A DNA stretch of 37,123 nt, taken from Myxococcales bacterium (GTDB lineage: Bacteria > Myxococcota_A > UBA9042 > JABWCM01 > BTVJ01). The translations under genes and the position numbers were made by a program. Of the stretch, positions 1-8,673 are shown piece by piece. Positions within the stretch are counted from its first letter, which is position 1; every line of letters begins with the position of its first letter. The notes under the pieces were generated by a model, which saw nothing but the letters and a program-made list of their open reading frames with translations, searched no databases and had not been told where the DNA came from. Location: NCBI GenBank assembly GCA_045863395.1, contig BTVJ01000070.1, forward strand, positions 1 through 37,123. The letters run 5' to 3'.

Positions 1-16
1 GCCGCCCGAAGGCGGC
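1..16 (-). terminator. GC hairpin with C(UUCG)G tetraloop, candidate intrinsic terminator of the 52..3591 gene
   Basis: Minus strand reads GCCGCC-UUCG-GGCGGC (perfect 6-bp stem), ending 35 nt past the stop at 52. Any U-tract would lie outside the window. Confidence 0.45.
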
Positions 17-51
17 CATGAGGGGCGTGCAGCTATTTGTTGCTGACCCTG

Positions 52-3000
52 TCAGTTGCAGCCTGGGATGGGCCCGTGCAGGCAGTCGCCCGTCATGAGG
101 TCGCACAGATCCACGGTGCAGGTGTCGCCGTCGTCGCAGTCGACGGGCTTGAGGACACAGCCGCCCTTCGCGGGGTCGCACTGCTCGACGGTGCACTGGT
201 TGGCGTCGGCGCAGAACCGCGGCGGGTGCAGGCACTCCCCGCTGGTCATGACGCAGATGTCTTCGGTGCAGACCTTGTCGTCGTCGCAGTCGACCTGGGT
301 GTGGGTGCAGTTCCCCGTGGCCACGGTGCACTTGTCGATGGTGCACCCGTTGCCGTCACCGCAGTCGCTGTCCTTGGTGCACTTCACGCACACGGCGGCC
401 GCCTGGTGGCCACACCCGCCCACGTCCGGCAGACAGTAGTCCGTCGTGCAGGGGTCGTTGTCATCGCAGTTCACGGGAGCGTGGCGGCAACCATAGCCCG
501 GGTCACACCAGTCCTCGGTGCACGGGAGGCCATCATTGCAGTCGTCGGGCCCCGACTGGCACTGGCCGGTGGCCAGGCACACGTCCTTGGTGCAGGGGTC
601 GCCATCGGCACAGAAGCCCATGCTGACGCAGCCCGTCTCCAGGTCGCACAGGTCGAGGGTGCAGGCCAGGCCGTCGTCGCACGCGCTGAGCAGGAAGAGG
701 CACCCCACGTCGGAGTCGCAGGAGTCGTCGGTACACGCGTTGCCGTCGTGGCAGGTCTCCTCCTGGTGGACGCAGCCGAGCGCCATATCGCAGTAGTCGA
801 AGGTGCACTCGTCGCCGTCGTCGCAGTCGAGCTGCGTGTAGACGCACTGCCCCGTGCCCTCGTTGCAGTCGGGGATGGCGCACGCCCCTACGGGCTTGCA
901 GTCAGCGTCCGCCGTGCACTTGCAGCCTGGAGCCGGGCTTGCCAGGTGCACACAGCCGATGCCATCGATGCACGAGTCGATGGTGCAGGGGTCGCCGTCG
1001 TTGCACGACTCTGGAGCGTTGATGCATCCCGTCGAGGGCGAGCACAGGTCCGTTGTGCACAGGTCCCCGTCGTCGCAGCTCTTGGGCCCGGTGACGCACG
1101 TGAGGCTGGCCACGTCGCAGACGGACTCCACGCACCCGTCCCCGCTGAAGCACACGCCGAAGCAGGGCACGCACCCCTTGATCGCGTCGAAGGCGCAGGT
1201 GCCGCTCGGCTTGCACGAGTCCGCGGTGCAGGGGTTGCCATCGTCGCACTGGGCGGCTGTGACGCACCCGAGGCACCCGGGGATGACCGCGTGGACGCAC
1301 AGCCCCAGGGCGTCGCAGCTATCGGCGGTGCACGGATCACTGTCGGCGCAAGCGAAGGGCTTGTGGACACACGTGCCGGTGACCTCGTCGCACAGGTCGA
1401 TGGTGCACGGGTTGTTGTCCGCGCAGTCCGAGGAGAGCTGGGTGCAGGTGCCGTCGCACTCGAGCTTCGGCTGGTGTACGCACAGCCCGGTCATCACGTC
1501 GCAGTAGTCCACGGTGCAGATGTCGCTGTCGCCGCAGGTCTTCGGCACGTTGACACAGCCGCCGAACTGGGTGTCACACAGATCGGTCGTGCAGGGGTTC
1601 AGGTCATCGCACGTGCGGGGCTTGGTGGAGCAGTTGCCCGTCGCCGGGTCGCACACGCCCTCCAGGCAGGCGCTCCCCGCCTCGCAGATCACGGGGATCT
1701 TCTCGCAGAGGTGGGTCACCGAGTTGCACGCGTCCTTGGTGCAGGCGTTGTTGTCGTTGCAGTCGGCGGCGGTCTTGCAGTAGATGCAGCCGACCACGGG
1801 CGCGTGGCTGCAGCTCCCGTCCGCGGCGCATACGTCCGTAGTGCATGGGTCGCCGTCGTCGCAGGCGTCCGCCGGGTAGGAGCAGCCGAAGGGCTCCTGG
1901 CAGATGTCCGACGTGCAGGGGTTCGCGTCGCTGCACGCCACCGCAGGGTACTTGCAGGTCCCCGTTCCCGGGTCGCATACGTCATCGGTGCAGGCCTTGC
2001 CGTCCGCGCAGGTGCTCACCGTCGCGCAGCCGGCGAACAGATCGCAGAAGTCGTCGGTGCAGGCCAGCCCGTCGTTGCAGTCCAGCGGTACGTTCTTGCA
2101 GCCAGAGGCGTCGCAGAGGTCTTCGGTGCAGGCGTCGCCGTCGCTGCACGCCAGCTTCACGTTGGAGCAACCGAGGGGCGACACGCACTTGTCGGCGGTG
2201 CAGATGTCGCCGTCGTTGCAGTCAGCGGCGACGTGGGTGCAGCCGTTGGCTCCGCAGGCGTCCACGGTGCACTCGTCATAGTCCTCGCACGAGATGGGGG
2301 CGTTGGAGCACCCCATCCAGGACAGGCACACGTCGTCTGTGCACGGGTCGCCGTCGCCACACTCCACCTTGGCGTAGCCGCACGTCCCCGTCGCCGGGTC
2401 GCAGAGATCGTCCGTGCACTGGTTCCCGTCGTTGCAGTCGAGCAACGTCGCGAAGCACCCGGTCACGGGGTCACACCCGTCCTTCGTGCACAGATCGCCG
2501 TCGTCACAGGTGCTCGGGATGAACACGCACCCCTTCGCGGGGTCGCAGGTGTTCTCTGTGCACGGGTTGAGGTCATCGCACAGCTTGGGCGCGTGGCTGC
2601 ACGACCCGGTGGCGATGTCGCACAGGTCCTGGGTGCACGGGTTGGCGTCGTTGCAGTCCGCCGCGGTCGTACACTCGACGCAGCCGGAGATCTGGGCGTG
2701 CACACACCCGAGGGACGGATCGCACGAGTCGGCAGTGCAGTCCTTGCCGTCGTCGCAGACTGCGGGCGCGTGGGTGCACGTGGCGACCCCGCCCACCGCC
2801 GAGCACCCGTCATCGGTGCACGGATCGTCGTCGTCGCAGTCGGCCGCGGCGTAGACGCACCCTCCCGGCAGCGCGCAGGAGTCGTCCGTGCAGGGGTCGT
2901 TGTCGTTGCAGACCTTGTCCGACTGCACGCAGCCGGCGACGACGTCGCAGAAGGAGACCGAGCAGGCGTCCCCCGGGGCACAGACCTTCGGGGTGTACGC

Positions 3001-3591
3001 GCACTGGCCCGTTGTGGCCGAGCAGGCGTCGTCAGTGCACGGGTTCCCGTCGTCGCAGACCTTGGGCGCGTAGACGCACAGCCCCGTGGCCGGGTCGCAG
3101 GAGTCCGTGGTGCAGCCCTTCGCGTCGTCGCAGGTGACGGCCGCGTGGCCGCACTCACCCGTCTTGGGGTCGCACGCATCCACGGTGCAGGCGTCCCCAT
3201 CGTCGCAGTCCACGTCCTTGCACGGATCCACGTCGGGCCCTGTGTCCTTCGCGCCAGTGTCGGCCGTGTCGCCCCCATCGCCGGGATCCGGGACATCGGC
3301 CGAATCGGCGGCGTCGCCCCCGGCGTCCGCGCCGGTATCGCTCCCACTGTCGGAGCCGGTGTCGCCGGGATCCGCAGAATCTACGCCCGTGTCCCCGGAG
3401 CCTCCCGTGTCGCCCCCGGCGTCCGCGCCCCCGACGTCCGCGCCGGTGTCTGCCCCCGAGTCCTCGACGGTCTGCGTGTCACCCCCCGCGCCGTCCGCCG
3501 CGTCATCCCCGGGCAACGCCGCGGGGCCCTCCGCCGGGTCCACACACGCCCCCAACACCACTGCGCAGACCAACCAAGCCAGCGTCCTCAT
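52..3591 (-). CDS. Cys-rich repeat lipoprotein, 1179 aa (~40 Dicty_CTDC-like repeats)
   Basis: Signal MRTLAWLVCAVVLGA-C16 (lipobox LGAC), ~100-aa D/G/A/T linker, then ~24-25-aa units C-[DN]-D-x-x-x-C-T-x-D-x-C to the C-terminus. GGAG upstream of the ATG; 18 nt downstream of the previous stop. Confidence 0.9.
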   Translation of the reverse strand: MRTLAWLVCAVVLGACVDPAEGPAALPGDDAADGAGGDTQTVEDSGADTGADVGGADAGGDTGGSGDTGVDSADPGDTGSDSGSDTGADAGGDAADSADVPDPGDGGDTADTGAKDTGPDVDPCKDVDCDDGDACTVDACDPKTGECGHAAVTCDDAKGCTTDSCDPATGLCVYAPKVCDDGNPCTDDACSATTGQCAYTPKVCAPGDACSVSFCDVVAGCVQSDKVCNDNDPCTDDSCALPGGCVYAAADCDDDDPCTDDGCSAVGGVATCTHAPAVCDDGKDCTADSCDPSLGCVHAQISGCVECTTAADCNDANPCTQDLCDIATGSCSHAPKLCDDLNPCTENTCDPAKGCVFIPSTCDDGDLCTKDGCDPVTGCFATLLDCNDGNQCTDDLCDPATGTCGYAKVECGDGDPCTDDVCLSWMGCSNAPISCEDYDECTVDACGANGCTHVAADCNDGDICTADKCVSPLGCSNVKLACSDGDACTEDLCDASGCKNVPLDCNDGLACTDDFCDLFAGCATVSTCADGKACTDDVCDPGTGTCKYPAVACSDANPCTSDICQEPFGCSYPADACDDGDPCTTDVCAADGSCSHAPVVGCIYCKTAADCNDNNACTKDACNSVTHLCEKIPVICEAGSACLEGVCDPATGNCSTKPRTCDDLNPCTTDLCDTQFGGCVNVPKTCGDSDICTVDYCDVMTGLCVHQPKLECDGTCTQLSSDCADNNPCTIDLCDEVTGTCVHKPFACADSDPCTADSCDALGLCVHAVIPGCLGCVTAAQCDDGNPCTADSCKPSGTCAFDAIKGCVPCFGVCFSGDGCVESVCDVASLTCVTGPKSCDDGDLCTTDLCSPSTGCINAPESCNDGDPCTIDSCIDGIGCVHLASPAPGCKCTADADCKPVGACAIPDCNEGTGQCVYTQLDCDDGDECTFDYCDMALGCVHQEETCHDGNACTDDSCDSDVGCLFLLSACDDGLACTLDLCDLETGCVSMGFCADGDPCTKDVCLATGQCQSGPDDCNDGLPCTEDWCDPGYGCRHAPVNCDDNDPCTTDYCLPDVGGCGHQAAAVCVKCTKDSDCGDGNGCTIDKCTVATGNCTHTQVDCDDDKVCTEDICVMTSGECLHPPRFCADANQCTVEQCDPAKGGCVLKPVDCDDGDTCTVDLCDLMTGDCLHGPIPGCN

Positions 3592-3609
3592 GCTCTCTCC
3601 CTGTGCAGG

Positions 3610-6177
3610 CTAGTCGGCTCCCCTCACGAGGAGCCGGTAGCGATCATACCCCTGATTGTCCGAGTCGATGCGCGAGATGCCGGTGTTGTCCAGCGCCTGG
3701 ACCTTGACCGTGTGCGTCCCGGGCGCAAAGTCCTGCCCCCAGCCCAACACCGCGGGGGCCCACCAGGTCTCCGCCCCCTCGTGGACGGCGATAGCGAGGC
3801 CCCAGGTCCCGTGCCCGAGCGGAGTCCCGTCCACGACCAGGCGATAGCCTGTGTGGCTGCTCCCCGACGATGTGGTGCGCTGCGTCCCCGCCATCTCGAA
3901 CTGGACGTGGGTGGTCGCGCCCACCGCGAACGTGTGGCTCAGGTTGGGGACGTCCACCCACGAGTTGGGCACCGTGAAGCCGGTGCTGTTGGACTCGTAG
4001 GAGGCGGTCACACTGCCCTGCGGCGCCCAGCGAACCAGCATGCGGTAGCGGCTGTAGTCTTGGGTGCTGTTGTGAGCGAAGCACGCCCCCGAGCTGGACG
4101 TGTTGGCCATCTGGAGGGTCACGGTGTGGCTGCCGACCCCGAGATTGGTCCCGTACTTGAGCGCCATCGGCGTCCACCAGCCCTGGTCCGAGTCGGAGAC
4201 CACGATGGCCTGGCCGTGGGATGGGTTGCCGAGGCCGGTCCCATCCAACACGAACCGGTAGGCGCAGTGGCCCTGACTGCCCTGGGAGTATTGGGTCCCG
4301 GTGGCCGAGATCTGCACGTGGGCCGGCTCCGTCAAGGTGAACGTCGTCGAGACTCCTGGCACGGTGGTCCACCCTGTGTTGTTGTTGAGCTGGAGCTGCC
4401 CATTTCCCTGCACCCAGCTCACGCGGCTCTCGGGGTAGGCGCTCACCAGCAGGCGCGACCCATCGTAGATCTGTCCGCCGTCCCCGTCCAGGGTGCAGTC
4501 CCCGTAGCCGCTTGCGTTGGTTGCCTGCGGCGTGATCGTGTGCGTACCGGCCCCCAGCACGAGCCCGTACTCGATGTCGAAGGGGGTGTGCCAGCGGGTC
4601 GCGCCTTCCTGCACGACGATGCCCAGGCCCCAGGTCGACTGACCGTGACGGGCACCGTCGATGGTGAACGTGTAGCCCACGTGGCAGAGCCCGTTGCCCC
4701 CGCCAGCCCACCGCATGGTCCCGATCCACCGCAGATGCACGAAGCGGGGCTCGGTCAGCGTGATCGCCGCGCCCAGCCCCGGCGCGTTCCCCCAGTTGCC
4801 GTCGGGCTTCGTGACCGTCCAGTTGTTTCCGTTGGACTTCCACGTCCAGAGCTGCGCTCCCTGTGAGGGCGGCGGCGCTCCGCTCCCAAGCTCCGTGAAG
4901 TCCGCGCCGTCGCACACCTCCAGCGCGTCGCCAGTCCATCGCAGGGTGCCCGCCTTGTCGGCGTTGCAGACCGAGTCGGCGCCAACCTGGACGCCCCCCG
5001 CCACGGAGAGCGCGGCCTTGGGGGCGAGGGTGCCAACGCCGACCTTCCCCGCGCCATCGACCACGAGGCGCGCCGCCGGAGTCCCCGCGCCCGTCGCAAC
5101 CACGAAGGAGCCCGCCGTTGAGGTCTGCGGCTGGACCACCAGGTTGCCCGCGACATCGAAGGGGGCAGCGCCGCCCCCGCTCGTCCGGTAGGCAGCCGCG
5201 GCCCCGGACCCCGCCACGAAGGCGCCGAGCCCGTCCTCGAGCTGGAGCCTCGCCCCAGCCCCGGACAGCCCAGCGACCCCCTCCACGTGCAGGCGGTCGC
5301 TGCTACTCCCCGAGCCCACGCTCACGTTGCCGGACACGCTCAGGTTGCCAGGATTGATCGCCACGTCGCCGTGGGCCGTCCCCGTCCCGAACTCGATGCC
5401 CTTGAAGGCCCCCCCGTCGGTGACGCGGACACCTTGCGCCGCGCGCAGATCGAGGGGGGAGCCCGTCGCCGACGCCAGGCTCGCCCCCGCCAGGTTCACC
5501 GTACAGCCGCTCCCGAGCGCGGTGCACGCGGCGAACGTCCCCTTCACGGAGACGTTGCCGTCCAGCGCCACATTGGGGGCGATGTGCGCGCCGGTCAGGC
5601 AGCCGGTGCAGGCGAGGGACAGCGCCGGACCGCCCTTGGCGTTGCTGGCGGCGTAGTCGAAGGAGACCTTGCCGGGGGTGACGGAGCCGTCGCTGAGGAG
5701 CGGCGTGCTGATGGCCCCCCCCTCGATGGCCGCCGCGCCCACGCAGCCAGTGCAGGACAGGCCGCTCGCGGTGCTGGCCGTCGCCGCCGTGTTGGCCGTC
5801 GTCGCCGTGTTCGCGTGCTCGGCGACGAGGGCGAAGGGCGTCGCGCGCACCTGGGAGCGGGGCAGCGTCTCTGTTCCCACGGTGGTCTCCAGCCACACGG
5901 ACGCCCGCCCGTTGAGCAGCCCCGCCGGGAGCGGCCCCATCACCGCGTCGAAGCGCCCGGCGGTGACCACGACGTTTGGCACCGTCTGCTCGTAGAGGTG
6001 GGTCGTGTCGTCGGCCTGCGCGAAGAGGCGCAGCGTCATGGTGAACGTGCCACTGGCGGGTGAACCACCCGCGGTCTCCAGCGCCCCCTGGACGGTGATC
6101 TTCGGCTCCACGGGGGCGGCAAGGAGTGGCGAGATGAGGGCGAAGGCCAGGACGGTCACAACCCAGGCACCCTTCAT
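3610..6177 (-). CDS. Secreted phage-tail-fibre-like adhesin, 855 aa, with three tandem C-terminal beta-sandwich domains
   Basis: AAGGAGG RBS; Sec-type signal; N-domain (ITVQGAL...GRFDAVMG...WLETTV...PRSQV..TPFALVA) typical of deltaproteobacterial fibre proteins; two L[SA]CTGC motifs; fibre motifs GNVSVG..SDRLHV and GKVGVGTLAPKAALSVAG; Cx5-GTLRW..LEVCDG module; triplicated tip. Confidence 0.8.
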   Translation of the reverse strand: MKGAWVVTVLAFALISPLLAAPVEPKITVQGALETAGGSPASGTFTMTLRLFAQADDTTHLYEQTVPNVVVTAGRFDAVMGPLPAGLLNGRASVWLETTVGTETLPRSQVRATPFALVAEHANTATTANTAATASTASGLSCTGCVGAAAIEGGAISTPLLSDGSVTPGKVSFDYAASNAKGGPALSLACTGCLTGAHIAPNVALDGNVSVKGTFAACTALGSGCTVNLAGASLASATGSPLDLRAAQGVRVTDGGAFKGIEFGTGTAHGDVAINPGNLSVSGNVSVGSGSSSDRLHVEGVAGLSGAGARLQLEDGLGAFVAGSGAAAAYRTSGGGAAPFDVAGNLVVQPQTSTAGSFVVATGAGTPAARLVVDGAGKVGVGTLAPKAALSVAGGVQVGADSVCNADKAGTLRWTGDALEVCDGADFTELGSGAPPPSQGAQLWTWKSNGNNWTVTKPDGNWGNAPGLGAAITLTEPRFVHLRWIGTMRWAGGGNGLCHVGYTFTIDGARHGQSTWGLGIVVQEGATRWHTPFDIEYGLVLGAGTHTITPQATNASGYGDCTLDGDGGQIYDGSRLLVSAYPESRVSWVQGNGQLQLNNNTGWTTVPGVSTTFTLTEPAHVQISATGTQYSQGSQGHCAYRFVLDGTGLGNPSHGQAIVVSDSDQGWWTPMALKYGTNLGVGSHTVTLQMANTSSSGACFAHNSTQDYSRYRMLVRWAPQGSVTASYESNSTGFTVPNSWVDVPNLSHTFAVGATTHVQFEMAGTQRTTSSGSSHTGYRLVVDGTPLGHGTWGLAIAVHEGAETWWAPAVLGWGQDFAPGTHTVKVQALDNTGISRIDSDNQGYDRYRLLVRGAD
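3613..4854 (-). repeat. Three ~137-aa tandem domains (approx. 4432-4854, 4021-4431, 3613-4020)
   Basis: Each shares W..[AV]P.[LV]...[IF]....GT....H..Y.[FL]..DG...G....G..I.V.....W..P....[YW]G....G[TS]HT...Q...Y...R[LM]LV. Confidence 0.85.
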
Positions 6178-6211
6178 GGGGCCTCCTTCAGCGGGCGTCG
6201 GTACGTTGGCT

Positions 6212-6230
6212 CAGAATGAGAATCATAGGG
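6212..6230. promoter_or_regulatory. Fur-box-like operator overlapping the -10 element
   Basis: CAGAATGAGAATCATAGGG matches GATAATGATAATCATTATC at 12/19, with core AATGAGAATCAT; AT-rich island in a GC-rich context. Confidence 0.4.
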
Positions 6231-6250
6231 TCCCTCACCGCCCATGTCAG
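6222..6250 (-). promoter_or_regulatory. sigma70-type promoter for the fibre gene and probably the lipoprotein gene
   Basis: Minus strand CTGACA (6250-6245)-N17-TATGAT (6227-6222); each hexamer is 5/6 consensus; 45 nt above the ATG at 6177. Confidence 0.65.
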
Positions 6251-8004
6251 TAGAATTCTCCGCACTCCCCGCAGGCGAGGCTCTGGCGCAGGAACTTCCT
6301 GCGCTGCTCCACGAAGCCGCGCACCGTCGCGACCGCGTCGTGGAAGTCGGCGACCGTGTCATTGCGGTCCCCGTCGTCACTGGCGACGAGCGGAGCGAGC
6401 ACCTCCTCCAGCGCCATGCTCAACTTGGGGATCCCGTCGGTCCACGCCGGATCGTCGATCATGGCGCACAGACGCCCGCGGATCCGCGGTCCCCACACGG
6501 GGTCCTCGATGGCCAGGTCGATGAGCAGGTTGTAGAGCCCATCGACGGGGAAGCTGGCCGGCACCCCGGCCGGAAGGGCGCCGACCGTCCACGGGGAGTC
6601 GATCACCTGATCCACGCAGAGTGTCTCGTGCTCCGTGCTCCAGAGGCAGCCGAAGGTCAAGTCCAGATCCCAGGGCAGCATGACCCAGCGCCCGCCAGTC
6701 CCGGGCTGTCGCGTCAGGTAGTAGTTCTTGCGCAGGTGGTCCGCGCTCTGGACCAACGCCAGGGTGGCGACGAGATCGACCAGGAGGTCCATGTCGACGG
6801 CGCCCACGACGCGTGTCACGTGGGGAACTCCCGCGACGCGGTCTTCGTAGTCCTCCCAGATCACGTCCTCGACGAGCCCGATCAGGTGCGACAGGGTGCC
6901 GCTGGCGCCGTTCGCCTTCACGTCGAAGGCCATGCCGTAGAGCACCTTCGGGGTGAGGGGGACGAGGGAGCAGACCCCCTGTGACGCTATCTCCCGGCTC
7001 GGGTCCGCCTCGACCAGGGGCTCGTCCTTGGCCCAGCCCCGCGCGGTGAGCATGGGGTCCGCTACGCGCTCCACCTCCATCATCACCCCGTAGTTCTTGC
7101 CATTCAGGGTGACGTGGACGGGCCGGACCCTGGGCGCCGGCAGCCGCGTCAGCCTCGCGAACGTCTCCATGGCGAGCAGGTTGCGCAGGAAGCTCCGGTC
7201 GTTGTACTCGGCGCGCAGGTTGATTCGGTCCGAGGTGCCCGGGGTCGGACCCGTGGGCAGCTCGATGCGAAAGGACTTCTTGGGGAAGTCCACGCTGTTG
7301 CCGCCACGAATGCGGATCTGGCAGCCTGGGTAAGCCACGCCGTCGACGGTCAGGGTGCAGGGGACGAGGTTCTTCGCATACGGATCGTTCCAGAAGGCGG
7401 GCCAGTCCGCGGGGTCCACGCCGATCTCCCAGAGCGGCAGCTCTTGGGGAACACAGATGCCGTGGCTGCACCGCTCGCCGGCACGACACTGTCCATCCCC
7501 GGCGCAGGGACCGCAGGCGCCGTCCGAGCAGCCCTCCCGGTCCCGGCAGTCGCTCGCGGACGCGCACGGCCCGCACTTCCCGGATACGCAGCCTTCTCCC
7601 TTGAGGCACGCCAGCGCGGTCGAGCACGTCCCGTCTCCGACGATGCCCGCTGACGGCGGCAGGAGCACGCACCCCTCGGCGGATGCCGTGTCGGGCTCGT
7701 CGCCATCAATCAACCGGGCATCGCCTTGGCCCGCGTCGTCACCATCCTCCGCGAGCGCAGCATCTCCGGAGCCGTCACCCGCGGTCTTGGAGTCGACGAC
7801 CACGACCGCAGCGTCCGAAGCCTTGCCAGGCCCGGAGGCATCTCCCACCTCCGATGGCGCGACGTCTGCGCCGCTGCCTGCTGCACCATCTACTGCGCCT
7901 GGAGAACCGTCCCCTGCGCCTGGAGGACCGCACGCCGCACCCGTCAGGAAGAGCCCCAGGGCGACCCACTGCGCAGAACCTCTGCCAGGTGGGGGATACC
8001 TCAT
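6247..8004 (-). CDS. Exported (probable lipoprotein) CotH-family atypical protein kinase, 585 aa
   Basis: CotH motifs RIRGGNS, PKKSFRI, LRAEYNDRSFLRN, YGVMMEVE, DHLRKNYYL, LPWDLDLTFG. N-terminal hydrophobic stretch ends TGAAC, followed by an acidic linker and 3 short Cys repeats. Start set at ATG 8004 (ATGA overlap with the upstream stop) instead of 8055. Confidence 0.85.
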   Translation of the reverse strand: MRYPPPGRGSAQWVALGLFLTGAACGPPGAGDGSPGAVDGAAGSGADVAPSEVGDASGPGKASDAAVVVVDSKTAGDGSGDAALAEDGDDAGQGDARLIDGDEPDTASAEGCVLLPPSAGIVGDGTCSTALACLKGEGCVSGKCGPCASASDCRDREGCSDGACGPCAGDGQCRAGERCSHGICVPQELPLWEIGVDPADWPAFWNDPYAKNLVPCTLTVDGVAYPGCQIRIRGGNSVDFPKKSFRIELPTGPTPGTSDRINLRAEYNDRSFLRNLLAMETFARLTRLPAPRVRPVHVTLNGKNYGVMMEVERVADPMLTARGWAKDEPLVEADPSREIASQGVCSLVPLTPKVLYGMAFDVKANGASGTLSHLIGLVEDVIWEDYEDRVAGVPHVTRVVGAVDMDLLVDLVATLALVQSADHLRKNYYLTRQPGTGGRWVMLPWDLDLTFGCLWSTEHETLCVDQVIDSPWTVGALPAGVPASFPVDGLYNLLIDLAIEDPVWGPRIRGRLCAMIDDPAWTDGIPKLSMALEEVLAPLVASDDGDRNDTVADFHDAVATVRGFVEQRRKFLRQSLACGECGEFY

Positions 8005-8585
8005 CCTTCGTTCCCGACCGCCCGAAGCGCCAGGTCGATGCGGTCGTGGCCCCACCAGAACCGGTCACCCACGTGGAAGGCGGGGAGGCCGAACACGCCG
8101 GCCGCCACGGCGGCATCGGTGGCCTCGCGGAGGTGATCCTTGACGTCCTGATCCGCTGCCCTTGCGAGGAGCGCTCCGTCCCCAAGGGCTTCGAGGACCG
8201 GCGCGAGCCCCTGGGGTGAGGAGACGTCCACGTCATCTACCCAGTAGGCACGGAAGACCGCGTGAGCAACGGGGTCCACCCGGCCCGCAAGCTCCGCCGC
8301 GGCGAGGACCCGCTGCGGAAGCAGCGTGTTGATGGGGAAGCGCGACGGGAAGCGGAACGGGATCCCATACTGGGTCGCGAGCTCCTGAAGCTCCCGCAGC
8401 ATGTAGCGCCCCTTCGTCGGATTGGTGGCAGGAGCGTGGTTGCCCGAAGCCTTGAAGATGCCGCCGATGAGGACCGGCCGCAACCGGATGGGGACGCCCT
8501 GAGCCCGCCGAGGCGACAGCTCCAGGGCAAGGTACGTGTAGGGGCTCCCGACGTCGATGTCGAGGATGATCTCCGAGCCGCTCAT
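8001..8585 (-). CDS. 2-hydroxychromene-2-carboxylate isomerase / GST-kappa-like DsbA-fold protein, 194 aa
   Basis: DVGSPYTYLA, RPVLIGGIF, FPINTL, GVFGLPAF, FWWGHDRI motifs; GGAGG RBS; no cysteine and no signal peptide. Confidence 0.88.
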   Translation of the reverse strand: MSGSEIILDIDVGSPYTYLALELSPRRAQGVPIRLRPVLIGGIFKASGNHAPATNPTKGRYMLRELQELATQYGIPFRFPSRFPINTLLPQRVLAAAELAGRVDPVAHAVFRAYWVDDVDVSSPQGLAPVLEALGDGALLARAADQDVKDHLREATDAAVAAGVFGLPAFHVGDRFWWGHDRIDLALRAVGNEG

Positions 8586-8638
8586 GCTGCCTCCATGCGG
8601 ATGTCAGGGGCCCACAGCCTACGCTTGATCGGGGGCAG

Positions 8639-8667
8639 TCGACAACCGCGGCGACCCGAAGTACCAT
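8639..8667 (+). promoter_or_regulatory. sigma70-type promoter, probably giving a leaderless mRNA for 8674..9300
   Basis: TCGACA (8639-8644)-N17-TACCAT (8662-8667); the ATG A is 7 nt after the -10; no SD motif. Confidence 0.55.
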
Positions 8668-8673
8668 GCCGCC

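Noticed and set aside
37..4866. 1609-aa plus-strand ORF and other long antisense or alternate-frame ORFs (13483..17142, 17353..21672, 24179..26200, 26245..28632, 32132..34174, 34376..36619)
   Set aside because: Shadow ORFs of GC-rich, repetitive minus-strand genes; V/A/G/R-biased, with no motifs or RBS.
3610..6177. Prophage remnant
   Set aside because: The fibre has a Sec signal and host-type promoter; no other phage, integrase or att features are in the window.
8001..8585. DsbA-fold protein as the disulfide catalyst for the Cys-rich proteins
   Set aside because: It has no cysteine (SPYT in place of CXXC) and no signal peptide; it fits the HCCA isomerase/GST-kappa branch.
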